Virus record (IMG/VR): IMGVR_UViG_3300025120_000025
Location: 38,948 to 102,947 of that record
Direction: 5' to 3' (one strand)
Length of the DNA stretch: 64,000 bases
Origin: a virus
This document shows, piece by piece, positions 40,045-49,745 of this stretch. Under the pieces are notes generated by a model that was not told the DNA's origin, searched no databases, and saw only the letters and a list, made by a program, of their open reading frames with translations. How positions within the stretch are numbered: the stretch's first letter is position 1; each line of letters opens with the position of its first letter. Position numbers and translations under genes: made by a program.

Positions 40045-40827
40045 ATGCAAAAGTTACACGAAAGTAAATTAGTAGATAATCTTATTGCACTAAGAATGCT
40101 TAGAATTTTTACTGTCGATTACAAAGAGACACAAGCATTTAAACTTGGTATCATCAATGAAAAAGGTGAACAACTTATCAAGATGCGTGACTTTGTTACT
40201 AACGACCAAGGTAATGCATACACACTTCTACACAGATTAGTATTCAGATTACGTGGACTTTTAGAGAAAGTTCCGTTTGTTAAGTCACGACTTGCAAACT
40301 ATGCCGCCGCTCTATTACTAGTGCGAGAGAAGATTGTTAAAGAAGAAGAATTCTTTGAGACTGATGATGTACTGCTAGAGAAGTTAGAGATGGCAGAGCA
40401 TCGTCCAATGTATGATTTATGTGAACAACAAATACGCAGAGCATGGGAAGACGCCGCCGCTAATGCTACAGGAACATCAGTTTCAGGTACAGGTGACGAT
40501 GCTAGTGTAGGCGTTAGAGTAAACAAGAAAAAACGTAAGACACAGATTTTTAGAGTTACACCTGAAACATTTGCAAGATTTGCAAAGGGTAAGAAGAAAT
40601 TCGAAAGGTGGAACAAATATTTAAATACAGAAGATGAAGTTGAAGCATCACTGTATGCATTCGCAAAACGCAATCCCGATGGAATGATTATTCTGCAATG
40701 TGCAGATACAGGAGACCAAAAAGGTATTCGGTTCAATCCTAACGGTGGAGGTGCGTGGCGCAAAATTTTACGAAAAGGTAAAAAGAATATGTCACTGAAG
40801 GAGTGGTTAGATGATAGCACAGATTAA
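40045..40827 (+). CDS. T4-like hypothetical protein
   Basis: AFKLGII.E.G, YTLLHRLVF, YAAALLL. Confidence 0.75.
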   Translation: MQKLHESKLVDNLIALRMLRIFTVDYKETQAFKLGIINEKGEQLIKMRDFVTNDQGNAYTLLHRLVFRLRGLLEKVPFVKSRLANYAAALLLVREKIVKEEEFFETDDVLLEKLEMAEHRPMYDLCEQQIRRAWEDAAANATGTSVSGTGDDASVGVRVNKKKRKTQIFRVTPETFARFAKGKKKFERWNKYLNTEDEVEASLYAFAKRNPDGMIILQCADTGDQKGIRFNPNGGGAWRKILRKGKKNMSLKEWLDDSTD

Positions 40828-41182
40828 AGTTGGACTCATCATTGTAGCACTAGTAGGCGCCGCTGGAGGCGTCTATTATGTTAAGCAACTAAAACATAAC
40901 AACGAAGTATTGAAACTCAATCAAGCAAAACTAGAAACTGCAGTCACCGAACAAAAAGAAGTACTAGCAGAACAAAAGAAATCTTATGAAGAAATAATGG
41001 TAGCAAATTCAGATTTGCAGAAGTTAAACGTAGAACTGAATACTGCAAAAGCAACTCTACAGAAGAAGTTAGCAGACCATGACATAAACTTTCTAGCAAC
41101 TGAGAAACCCAAGTTGATAGAGAGAGTGATTAACAAGGGTTCACTGAAGGTGATGAATGATATCGAAGATATTACTAAGTAG
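40811..41182 (+). CDS. Probable inner-membrane spanin (Rz-like)
   Basis: N-terminal TM helix plus coiled coil; overlaps a lipoprotein gene. Confidence 0.7.
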   Translation: MIAQIKVGLIIVALVGAAGGVYYVKQLKHNNEVLKLNQAKLETAVTEQKEVLAEQKKSYEEIMVANSDLQKLNVELNTAKATLQKKLADHDINFLATEKPKLIERVINKGSLKVMNDIEDITK

Positions 41183-41534
41183 TTTACTTGTCGTTGCACT
41201 TACTGGATGCTCATTGTTTCCTAAAGTTCAACAGATAGAAACAGTAAAGACTGCTATTGAAAAACCAAAATTGAACTTGTCTGATCCAGATGCTCTAAAC
41301 TTATCAGAGGTTAAGTGGATTGTTGTTACAAGAGATAATGCTGAACAGATTTTTGCAGAGTTAGAAAAGAGCGGTAAACCTATTGCTCTATTCGGTATGA
41401 CTACAGATACTTACGAAGCATTGACACTAAATATGAATGATATAAAAGCATATCTAGTGACACAAAAACAAATACTAATAAAGTACCGTGAGTACTACGA
41501 AGGAGAAACAGATGGCACAGAAGAAGTGGAATGA
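41157..41534 (+). CDS. Probable outer-membrane spanin lipoprotein (Rz1-like)
   Basis: Signal peptide with lipobox LTGC. Confidence 0.72.
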   Translation: MISKILLSSLLVVALTGCSLFPKVQQIETVKTAIEKPKLNLSDPDALNLSEVKWIVVTRDNAEQIFAELEKSGKPIALFGMTTDTYEALTLNMNDIKAYLVTQKQILIKYREYYEGETDGTEEVE

Positions 41535-41985
41535 TTTACTAGTTGGGGCGTTTAAGCGACCAAAGAAATGGCGTTTAGAAAAACCTTTAACATTTTTATC
41601 AGGTCTGACTGAAGAAGAAATTAAGCACTTAGATGATTGTGGTGTTGATATTAAGATTACAAAGACTGGTAAGATTACAGTTCCATTAGGATATGTTACT
41701 GACTTAGCATCTGTTCCTAGAATTTGTTGGATTGCTATAGCACCATTTGATGTAGCAAGACCAGCAGTTGTACACGATATTCTATATGAAAAGATTAACG
41801 CAATGCGACCTCATACAAGTAAGAAAGATTTCGCAGAGTGTAGAAGAATTGCAGACCTAGTATTTCTACAAGGTATGGAAGCAACTGATCCTTTAGTTGC
41901 ATCTTGGAAGAAATGGTCAGCATATTATGCAGTAAGAATGTTTGGTAGATTTGCTATCAAAAGTTCAGCAAAGAGAACTTGGTAG
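41512..41985 (+). CDS. DUF1353-like protein
   Basis: VP.GYVTDLASVPR, AVVHD.LY, AVR.FG. Confidence 0.8.
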   Translation: MAQKKWNDLLVGAFKRPKKWRLEKPLTFLSGLTEEEIKHLDDCGVDIKITKTGKITVPLGYVTDLASVPRICWIAIAPFDVARPAVVHDILYEKINAMRPHTSKKDFAECRRIADLVFLQGMEATDPLVASWKKWSAYYAVRMFGRFAIKSSAKRTW

Positions 41986-41988
41986 TAT

Positions 41989-42255
41989 ATGTACTTCTTC
42001 CTTCTCAAAGCAATCGCAGGTTCTATCGTAGGTGACGCATCTGCAGAGTGGTTCAAGAAAACAAAAATAGGTATTTGGTTCTATGCAAAAGTAGAGCGAT
42101 TATATAATTGGGCGGCAAAGCGATACGATATCAAGATAGCAACAGTCGAAGAGAAGTTGCTAAAAAAATATCCTAATATGATGAATAGAATAAATATGTT
42201 AGAACAACGTATAGCAACTTTAGAGGAAGACGATGGCAGACGAAATCAGAACTGA
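41989..42255 (+). CDS. Hypothetical protein
   Basis: ORF within operon. Confidence 0.6.
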   Translation: MYFFLLKAIAGSIVGDASAEWFKKTKIGIWFYAKVERLYNWAAKRYDIKIATVEEKLLKKYPNMMNRINMLEQRIATLEEDDGRRNQN

Positions 42256-42652
42256 AATTGAACTTGTCAAGAAAGATATCAATCAACTAAACAACGTGAT
42301 TGGTAAACTTGATACGGCAATAGATAAACTTTCTGAAGTTGCAACATCAATAAACAAGATGTTGGCAGTTCAAGAAAATAAAATAGAATATCAAGACCGA
42401 CAGATTGATAAGAATGTCGAGATTATACACGAAAGAATTGAAAAGCATCGTGACGAGGTAACAGTGGAAATTGAAAAATCACATAGAGTGATTATGGATG
42501 AAATTCGTAAGTTAAGAGAAGACCAAGCACTTCACCATCAATTGGTAAGTGACCGTCTCCAGCGTTTAGAACAATGGAGATGGATCGTGGTAGGGGGTGC
42601 CGCCGTTGGAGGTTGGGCACTTGCAAATATACCATGGAATTTGCTTTTTTAA
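42233..42652 (+). CDS. Coiled-coil protein with C-terminal TM helix
   Basis: RLEQWRWIVVGGA; upstream of primase. Confidence 0.7.
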   Translation: MADEIRTEIELVKKDINQLNNVIGKLDTAIDKLSEVATSINKMLAVQENKIEYQDRQIDKNVEIIHERIEKHRDEVTVEIEKSHRVIMDEIRKLREDQALHHQLVSDRLQRLEQWRWIVVGGAAVGGWALANIPWNLLF

Positions 42653-42653
42653 C

Positions 42654-42682
42654 TTGACAAACACCTTCAACTAGAGTATATT
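42654..42682 (+). promoter_or_regulatory. Sigma70-like promoter for primase
   Basis: TTGACA-N17-TATATT. Confidence 0.65.
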
Positions 42683-42689
42683 ATGTATT

Positions 42690-43706
42690 ATGAACCAATT
42701 GACAACAGATTTAGATTATATTCATTCTATATCACACAAACTAAGAAACTTTAAGAAAAAGAAAGATTATCTATATAATTTCTCTTGTCCTGTTTGTGGT
42801 GATAGTTCTAAGAAAAAAACTAAAGCAAGAGGGTACTTCTTTCGTGTCAAAGACATGATGTTGTATCGTTGCCATAACTGTGGTCTATCGACTACGTTTG
42901 GTAAACTCTTAGAACGTATCGATGCAGAATCCTATAAACGCTATATCATGGCACGATACAGTAACGGCGAAACGAAGCACACAATGCACGATACTGTAGA
43001 GTATACATCTGTTAAGATGAAGCAGACAACCCTCCTAGACACCGTTAAAACCGTCTCTAGACTATCTCCTGAGCATCCAGTACGAGACTATCTCAACAAG
43101 CGTATGATACCAGAAGAGCAATGGGATGAACTACGATTAGTGAATAAATTCTGTACATTTGTTAATAGAGTTGTACCTGGCACGTTTCAAAACATCAAAG
43201 AAGACCACCCTAGACTTATTATACCTTTCTATGATAAGACAGGTAAATGCGTAGGGTTTCAAGGTAGAGCATTCGGTAAAGAAACACCTAAGTATCTTAC
43301 AATTATGCTAGATGTTGATGCCCCAAAACTATATGGTCTAGATAAAGTAAATTTTACCGAAAAAGTTTACGTTTTAGAGGGTCCTATCGATTCCATGTTT
43401 ATAGATAATAGTATCGCAATGGCAGGCGCAGATGCATCTGGTCTCGACAAATTATCTTCTACAAATGACTACGTTTTCGTGTATGATAATGAACCACGAA
43501 GTCCCGAGATTGTTAAAAGAATGAAACGTCATATTGACAATAATGATGCTATTGTCATATGGCCAGAAAAGATTGGCGAAAAAGATATTAATGATATGAT
43601 AATGTCTGGAATAAGCAAATCAGAGATTATGAATATTATAAGTAACAACACACATAGAAATCTAAGTGCAAAAATGAGGTTTACAGAATGGAAGAAATGC
43701 GAATAG
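42690..43706 (+). CDS. gp61: DNA primase
   Basis: CPVCGDS, CHNC, EGPIDS, DNEPR, KDIN. Confidence 0.96.
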   Translation: MNQLTTDLDYIHSISHKLRNFKKKKDYLYNFSCPVCGDSSKKKTKARGYFFRVKDMMLYRCHNCGLSTTFGKLLERIDAESYKRYIMARYSNGETKHTMHDTVEYTSVKMKQTTLLDTVKTVSRLSPEHPVRDYLNKRMIPEEQWDELRLVNKFCTFVNRVVPGTFQNIKEDHPRLIIPFYDKTGKCVGFQGRAFGKETPKYLTIMLDVDAPKLYGLDKVNFTEKVYVLEGPIDSMFIDNSIAMAGADASGLDKLSSTNDYVFVYDNEPRSPEIVKRMKRHIDNNDAIVIWPEKIGEKDINDMIMSGISKSEIMNIISNNTHRNLSAKMRFTEWKKCE

Positions 43707-44290
43707 ACGATGCCCGAATATCAGTAGTAGATAACTTCTTACTACCTGATGAAATAATTAAATTAAGACAAGACGTACATTCGTTCCCTTGGAACCCTTT
43801 TGAGACTGACATATACAAAGGTCAAAAAGTTCAGAGCGGAATGATAGCAGACTTGCCTGTGTCATGGAGACAACATTTAGATGAGCGAATTATTGCTCAA
43901 GCAAATGCTATTTCTAAGCAAGACTATAGTATTTTTCGTGGGTATATAAACGCATGGAAATGTGATGAAGTGAGTTTACCTCACTTTGATGGTAATCATA
44001 CTACTTGTGTAATCTACTGCAATAGAGATTACAATGTGAAGTATGGTGGAGAAACACTTTTTTATGATGACAATGAAGATGTAATACAAGCAGTTTCACC
44101 TAAAGCAGGTAGAGCAGTTTTCTTTAATGGATGGATGTTGCATAAAGCAGGTTCATTCAATCGATTGTATCAACATGACTATCGCTACACAGTAGCATAT
44201 AAGTTGACGATACCAGGCGATGAAGAATATGCTCACTCAGGTGAAGATGTTTTCAATAATATAGGAGTTGATAATGAACGAGTTCACTAA
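43697..44290 (+). CDS. 2OG-Fe(II) oxygenase
   Basis: PHFD, GGETLF, GRAVFF...H, R. Confidence 0.85.
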   Translation: MRIDDARISVVDNFLLPDEIIKLRQDVHSFPWNPFETDIYKGQKVQSGMIADLPVSWRQHLDERIIAQANAISKQDYSIFRGYINAWKCDEVSLPHFDGNHTTCVIYCNRDYNVKYGGETLFYDDNEDVIQAVSPKAGRAVFFNGWMLHKAGSFNRLYQHDYRYTVAYKLTIPGDEEYAHSGEDVFNNIGVDNERVH

Positions 44291-44783
44291 AGGCAATAGA
44301 AGAAATCAAGAACCAGGTCACAAGACATTATGGGATGAGACAAGAACAGAACCTTATCTAGAATTTTATGATAATGTTATAACGCAAATGGATTTAGAAG
44401 CATTTGATATTAAGACTATGGAGACTAGAGACCTTGCTGAACTTGCTGAGAATGTATTAGAAAATCTGAAACAAACAGATATCAAGTTTCGCAACTATTC
44501 TAAAGTACATTTTCCTATGGCGATGATTATGAATTATGAGAGTTATCCAGACCCATTTCACGCAGGAGATGGATTAGTAGTATCAGTGATGATGAGTAGG
44601 TATTGGAATAAAACATGGGGTGGTGAGATAATTACTTATCACGATACTGAACCAGAAGATATTGTATCAGCATTTCCTGGTCGTATCTATGTCAGTCATG
44701 GAACACCTTGGGTTAGAATACAACAACCAAATATAAAAGCAGAAATAGAATTAGAAATTTTACAGTTTAGATTAGCAAATTAG
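44268..44783 (+). CDS. Degenerate 2OG-Fe(II) oxygenase-like protein
   Basis: W...WGGE, PGR present; distal His not evident. Confidence 0.55.
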   Translation: MIMNEFTKGNRRNQEPGHKTLWDETRTEPYLEFYDNVITQMDLEAFDIKTMETRDLAELAENVLENLKQTDIKFRNYSKVHFPMAMIMNYESYPDPFHAGDGLVVSVMMSRYWNKTWGGEIITYHDTEPEDIVSAFPGRIYVSHGTPWVRIQQPNIKAEIELEILQFRLAN

Positions 44784-44792
44784 GGAGCAGTT

Positions 44793-47102
44793 ATGGTATC
44801 AGATAAAATTAGTGTCGTAAAGAGTGACGGCAGAACGGAATCACTAGACATTAGAAAGATACAGAAGATTACACAAGAAGCGTGTGAAGGTCTATCTGGT
44901 GTATCTTCATCACAAGTAGAGATGAATTGTGGCATTCAATTCTATGATGGTATTGAAACTTCTGATATTCAGAAAATCCTAGTTAAGTCATCTGCAGATT
45001 TGATTGATTTAGATAATCCTAACTATGAATACGTTGCCGCACGTTTGCTATTGTATGGACTACGAAAAAATGTATTTCAAGAGTTTGACTATCCTGTATT
45101 GATAGACCATGTTAGACATAACATTGACCGTAATGTTTATGACAAAGATTTGCTAACTTATTACGATGATGATGAGTGGGCAAAACTAGATGGTATGATA
45201 AATCATAAGCGTGACTTAGATTTCACATATGCTGGTCTACAACAAGTAGTAGACAAGTATCTAGTTCAAGACAGAAGCAGTGGTGATATATACGAAACAC
45301 CACAGTTTATGTATATTCTTATTGCCGCAACTTTGTTTGCACAGTATCCAAAAGAAACGAGATTACAATATGTTCGAAGATATTATAATGCAATTTCGCA
45401 ATTTAAAATCAATATTCCTACACCTGTTATGGCGGGTGTGCGGACTCCTATTCGCCAGTTTGCTTCTTGTGTACTGGTCGATGTTGATGATACTCTTAAC
45501 TCCATATTTAATTCTGACAGTGCTATTGGTTATTATGTCTCGCAACGAGCAGGAATCGGTATCAACGCAGGTCGAATTAGGGGAATCAATGCAAAAATTA
45601 GGGGTGGAGAAGTTCAACATACTGGTGTTATTCCTTTCCTCAAAAAGTTCGAAGCAACTGTACGATGTTGCACACAGAATGGCGTCAGAGGTGGGTCAGC
45701 GACTACACACTTCCCTATCTGGCATAAAGAAATTAGTGATATCATTGTACTCAAAAATAACAAAGGTTCTGAAGATAACAGAGTAAGAAAGTTAGACTAT
45801 TCTATTCAGTTGTCAGAACTCTTCTATAAGAGATTTTTGAACAGTGAAGATATCACTTTGTTTTCGCCTCACGATGTACCTGGATTATATGAAGCATTCG
45901 GTACGACAGAATTTGATGCGTTGTATGAGAAATATGAGAGAGCATATTCTGTACCTAAGAAAACTGTACCAGCAAGAGAATTGTTTATCAACATTCTCAA
46001 AGAACGTGCAGAGACAGGTCGTATATATCTTATGAATATTGACCATACAAATACACACAGTTCATTTCAAGACAGAGTGTATATGTCAAATTTGTGTCAA
46101 GAGATTACTCTGCCTACTAAACCTATTCAGCATATCGATGATGAAGATGGTGAGATTGCATTGTGCATTCTATCTGCAGTAAATGTGGGTAGTCTAAAAT
46201 CTACTGATGAATTAGAAGACTTATGTGAACTTGCAGTTCGTTCTCTTGATGAGATTATTGACTATCAAAAGTATCCAGTACTTGCCGCAGAGAAGTCTAC
46301 TAAAGCAAGACGTAGTTTAGGAGTTGGATATATAGGTCTAGCACACTACCTAGCAAAGCATCGTGTGAAGTATGATGATGCAAAAGCACATGAGATTGTT
46401 GATGAGTTGTCAGAGAGTTTTCAGTATTTTCTATTGAAAGCATCTAACGAATTAGCACAAGAGAAAGGTGCTTGTGAGTTATACAACAGAACAAAGTATG
46501 CTCTAGGCATATTACCTATCGACACTTATAAGAAAGATGTTGATGACATTGTAAATAGAAAGTTAAGTCGTGATTGGATTACTCTACGCAAGAACATTAA
46601 GTCACACGGTCTCAGGAACTCAACTCTGTCCGCACAGATGCCATCAGAGAGCAGTTCCGTTGTGTCAGGAGAAACTAACGGAATCGAACCTCCTAGAGGA
46701 TATCTGTCCGTTAAAAAGTCAAAAAAAGGGACTCTTAAACAGATTGTTCCGCAGTATTCTACATTAAAGAATGCTTATACTTTGTTATGGGATATGCCTT
46801 CAAACGAGGGGTATATCAAAGTAGTAGCAGTGATGCAAAAATACTTTGACCAAGCAATCAGTGGTAACTGGTCATACAATCCAGAGAACTACGAGAATAA
46901 CGAAGTGCCAATCTCAGTGATGGCACAAGACTTATTGACAACTTACAAGTATGGTTGGAAGACTTCATATTATCAGAATACTTACGATGGTAAGACTGAT
47001 GATGATGTAGAAGTTTTACCAGAAAAAGCATTGACAAATACACAAGAAATGATGTATAATAAAGACAATGAAGAAGAAGCGTGTGACGCTTGTGCAATAT
47101 AG
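44793..47102 (+). CDS. nrdA: Ribonucleotide reductase class Ia alpha
   Basis: ATP cone, FASC, SNLCQE, TSYY, C-terminal CDAC. Confidence 0.98.
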   Translation: MVSDKISVVKSDGRTESLDIRKIQKITQEACEGLSGVSSSQVEMNCGIQFYDGIETSDIQKILVKSSADLIDLDNPNYEYVAARLLLYGLRKNVFQEFDYPVLIDHVRHNIDRNVYDKDLLTYYDDDEWAKLDGMINHKRDLDFTYAGLQQVVDKYLVQDRSSGDIYETPQFMYILIAATLFAQYPKETRLQYVRRYYNAISQFKINIPTPVMAGVRTPIRQFASCVLVDVDDTLNSIFNSDSAIGYYVSQRAGIGINAGRIRGINAKIRGGEVQHTGVIPFLKKFEATVRCCTQNGVRGGSATTHFPIWHKEISDIIVLKNNKGSEDNRVRKLDYSIQLSELFYKRFLNSEDITLFSPHDVPGLYEAFGTTEFDALYEKYERAYSVPKKTVPARELFINILKERAETGRIYLMNIDHTNTHSSFQDRVYMSNLCQEITLPTKPIQHIDDEDGEIALCILSAVNVGSLKSTDELEDLCELAVRSLDEIIDYQKYPVLAAEKSTKARRSLGVGYIGLAHYLAKHRVKYDDAKAHEIVDELSESFQYFLLKASNELAQEKGACELYNRTKYALGILPIDTYKKDVDDIVNRKLSRDWITLRKNIKSHGLRNSTLSAQMPSESSSVVSGETNGIEPPRGYLSVKKSKKGTLKQIVPQYSTLKNAYTLLWDMPSNEGYIKVVAVMQKYFDQAISGNWSYNPENYENNEVPISVMAQDLLTTYKYGWKTSYYQNTYDGKTDDDVEVLPEKALTNTQEMMYNKDNEEEACDACAI

Positions 47103-47117
47103 GAGCAACAAAAAGAA

Positions 47118-48218
47118 ATGGTAAGCGTATTTAATCAGAAGAAAATAGACTACACGAAACAACCAATGTTCTTTGGTGAGGACCAAGGAATGCAGAGATA
47201 TGATGAATTTAAGTATCCTATCTTTGATAAGTTGACACAGAAGCAGTTAGGATTCTTCTGGAGACCAGAAGAGATTTCGTTGCAGAAAGACCGTAATGAC
47301 TATAATGAGTTGCGTCCTGAACAAAAGCATATCTTCACATCTAATCTGAAGTATCAGATTTTACTTGATAGTGTACAAGGTAGAGGTCCTGCATTAGCAT
47401 TCATGCCTTACTGTTCTATACCAGAACTAGAAGGTTGTATTATTGCATGGGACTTCATGGAGACAATTCATAGTCGCAGTTATACATACATGATTAAGAA
47501 CTTGTACAGTCACCCATCAGATGTATTCGATACAGTAATTGATGACGTACATATCATGGAACGTGCAGATAGCATTACAAAGTGTTATGATGACTTCATC
47601 AACTATGCACAGAGATATCAAGTGACTGGTGAAGGTACTACAAAAGAATTAAAACGTCTACTATGGAGAGCATTAGTAACAGTTAACATTCTTGAAGGTA
47701 TACGTTTTTATGTATCATTTGCTTGTACATTTGCATTCGGTGAATTGAAGTTGATGGAAGGCAGTGCAAAGATTATATCTTTTATTGCAAGAGATGAAAG
47801 TCAACATCTTGCGATATCGCAACATATAATTAAAGCATATAAGAATGCTGAACAAGATAAAGAGATGCTTGAAGTTATCAAAGAAGAAGAACAATTCATG
47901 TACGATATGTATCGTCAAGCAGTAGATGAAGAAAAGAAATGGGCACAGTATCTTTTCAAAGATGGATCAATGATTGGTCTTAATGAGAAGTTATTGTCAG
48001 ATTATGTCGAGTGGGTCGCTAATAAAAGAATGAAAGCGATTGGACTTGACCCTATCTATCCGATTAAACCAGGTGACAATCCATTACCTTGGACAATGCA
48101 CTGGTTAAATAGTAGTGGTTTGCAAAATGCACCTCAAGAAACTGAAATCGAATCCTATGTCATTGGAGGAATTAAGCAAGATGTTGAGACGGATACATTT
48201 AAGGACTTCAAGTTATAG
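47118..48218 (+). CDS. nrdB: Ribonucleotide reductase class Ia beta
   Basis: FWRPEE, ETIHSRSY, EGIRFY, DESQH. Confidence 0.98.
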   Translation: MVSVFNQKKIDYTKQPMFFGEDQGMQRYDEFKYPIFDKLTQKQLGFFWRPEEISLQKDRNDYNELRPEQKHIFTSNLKYQILLDSVQGRGPALAFMPYCSIPELEGCIIAWDFMETIHSRSYTYMIKNLYSHPSDVFDTVIDDVHIMERADSITKCYDDFINYAQRYQVTGEGTTKELKRLLWRALVTVNILEGIRFYVSFACTFAFGELKLMEGSAKIISFIARDESQHLAISQHIIKAYKNAEQDKEMLEVIKEEEQFMYDMYRQAVDEEKKWAQYLFKDGSMIGLNEKLLSDYVEWVANKRMKAIGLDPIYPIKPGDNPLPWTMHWLNSSGLQNAPQETEIESYVIGGIKQDVETDTFKDFKL

Positions 48219-48226
48219 GAGAGAAA

Positions 48227-48373
48227 ATGTCGAAACAAAAACAATACCACTGTACAGATTGCGAAGCAGAATTTAAGATATCGCATAACATGGACGAAGA
48301 CTATTATAAGATAGAAATGTGTCCATTCTGTGGTGCAGAGGTAGAACAAGAATTAGATTTTGAAGAGGATTAG
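48227..48373 (+). CDS. 48-aa zinc-ribbon protein (not in ORF track)
   Basis: Hand translation MSKQKQYHCTDCEAEF...CPFCGAEVEQELDFEED*; AGGAG RBS. Confidence 0.75.
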   Translation: MSKQKQYHCTDCEAEFKISHNMDEDYYKIEMCPFCGAEVEQELDFEED

Positions 48374-48376
48374 AAT

Positions 48377-48775
48377 ATGAACTTAAATGATTATGAAGAA
48401 TTTGTCAGTACTGTGACATCAGAAGAGAGTAATGAAACTTTTGCAATGACAAAGCGTATTGAGAAAATGTCAAGTGAGAATGTTAATTTTGCATTGCTAC
48501 TTACGGGTGCAATGGGTATGAGTAGTGAAGGAGGCGAGTTTGCAGAAATTGTTAAGAAGTGCTTGTTCCAAGGTAAACCCCTTGATACAGACACACAATA
48601 TCATCTCAAGCGAGAACTTGGTGATGTTATTTGGTATTGGATTAATTCATGCCGAGCATTGGGTCTCGACCCTAACGAAGTGATTAAAGAGAACGTATTC
48701 AAACTAGAAAGTCGATATCCTGGCGGTAAGTTTGATGCATATTTTAGTGAAAACAGAAAACAAGGAGACTTATAA
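48377..48775 (+). CDS. mazG: MazG-like NTP pyrophosphohydrolase
   Basis: EGGEFAEIVKK, ELGDV.WY, KL..RYP. Confidence 0.9.
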   Translation: MNLNDYEEFVSTVTSEESNETFAMTKRIEKMSSENVNFALLLTGAMGMSSEGGEFAEIVKKCLFQGKPLDTDTQYHLKRELGDVIWYWINSCRALGLDPNEVIKENVFKLESRYPGGKFDAYFSENRKQGDL

Positions 48776-49206
48776 TGATAAAAACTATTTTAGTAATAAC
48801 TGCAGTTATTGCTTTATCTGCTTGTAACTATGCTAATGCAAATGAAATTGGTAGAGTTGCAGTAAGTGACGTTAATAAAACAATCATCAACAAAGAACCA
48901 TATCAAGTAGAAGTGTGTACAAATCAAACAGTGCGTAATGATACTACAGGTGATATGATTGTTGGTGGACTAATTGGTGGACTCATCGGCAATCAAATTG
49001 GTAAAGGTGGGGGTAAGAACGCCGCTACTGGTATCGGTGCATTGACAGGTGCAATTATTGCAAACGATAAGAACGCTGGTTCAAGAAATCAACGAGTGTG
49101 CAATCTAGAAACTAGATACAATGAAAGTCAAGTCACAGTATACAGTCATTCTATTGCGTCATTCGAATATAATGGACGATCCTACTCTCTCAGTTTTAAG
49201 AAGTAG
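48775..49206 (+). CDS. Glycine-zipper 2TM exported protein
   Basis: Signal peptide, GGLIGGLIGNQIGKG.GK.AAT..GA. Confidence 0.82.
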   Translation: MIKTILVITAVIALSACNYANANEIGRVAVSDVNKTIINKEPYQVEVCTNQTVRNDTTGDMIVGGLIGGLIGNQIGKGGGKNAATGIGALTGAIIANDKNAGSRNQRVCNLETRYNESQVTVYSHSIASFEYNGRSYSLSFKK

Positions 49207-49214
49207 TGCGTACA

Positions 49215-49745
49215 ATGTACGCTGGTATTGACTATTCATTAAGCAGTCCAGGTATATGCATATCAACCTCAGAAGAGATGAAGTTTGATGACTGTAAGTT
49301 TTTCTTTCTAACATCGAAGAAGAAGTATGAGGGTACCTGGAAGAATATCTATGGTGACTTGCATAAACCATGGACTACACCTGAAGAGAGATATCACAAT
49401 ATATCTACATGGGCATTGAGTATTCTGCGACACGAATATGAAACTATCACAATCGAAGACTATTCAATGGGGTCAAGAGGTCGTGTATTTCATATAGGTG
49501 AGAACGCAGGTATTCTAAAGTATAGATTATGGAGAAACAAACACGAAATTACTACACTATCACCTAGTTCAGTTAAACAGTTTGCTACAGGCAAAGGTAA
49601 TGCTAATAAAGATAAGATGTATGAAGCATTTTTGAGTGAGCATAAATATGATATAAGAGAGGTCATGGGACAAGACACTTTAGATAGTCCTGTTACTGAT
49701 ATCGTAGACGCTTATTACGTCTGTAAAGCAGGAATTAATATATGA
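49215..49745 (+). CDS. RuvC-like nuclease/resolvase
   Basis: GIDYS, IEDY, K.FATGKGNA.K, DIVDA. Confidence 0.8.
   Translation: MYAGIDYSLSSPGICISTSEEMKFDDCKFFFLTSKKKYEGTWKNIYGDLHKPWTTPEERYHNISTWALSILRHEYETITIEDYSMGSRGRVFHIGENAGILKYRLWRNKHEITTLSPSSVKQFATGKGNANKDKMYEAFLSEHKYDIREVMGQDTLDSPVTDIVDAYYVCKAGINI

Noticed and set aside
23710-48218. Introns or inteins in gp43, gp41, nrdA, nrdB
   Set aside because: All have normal lengths and continuous frames.
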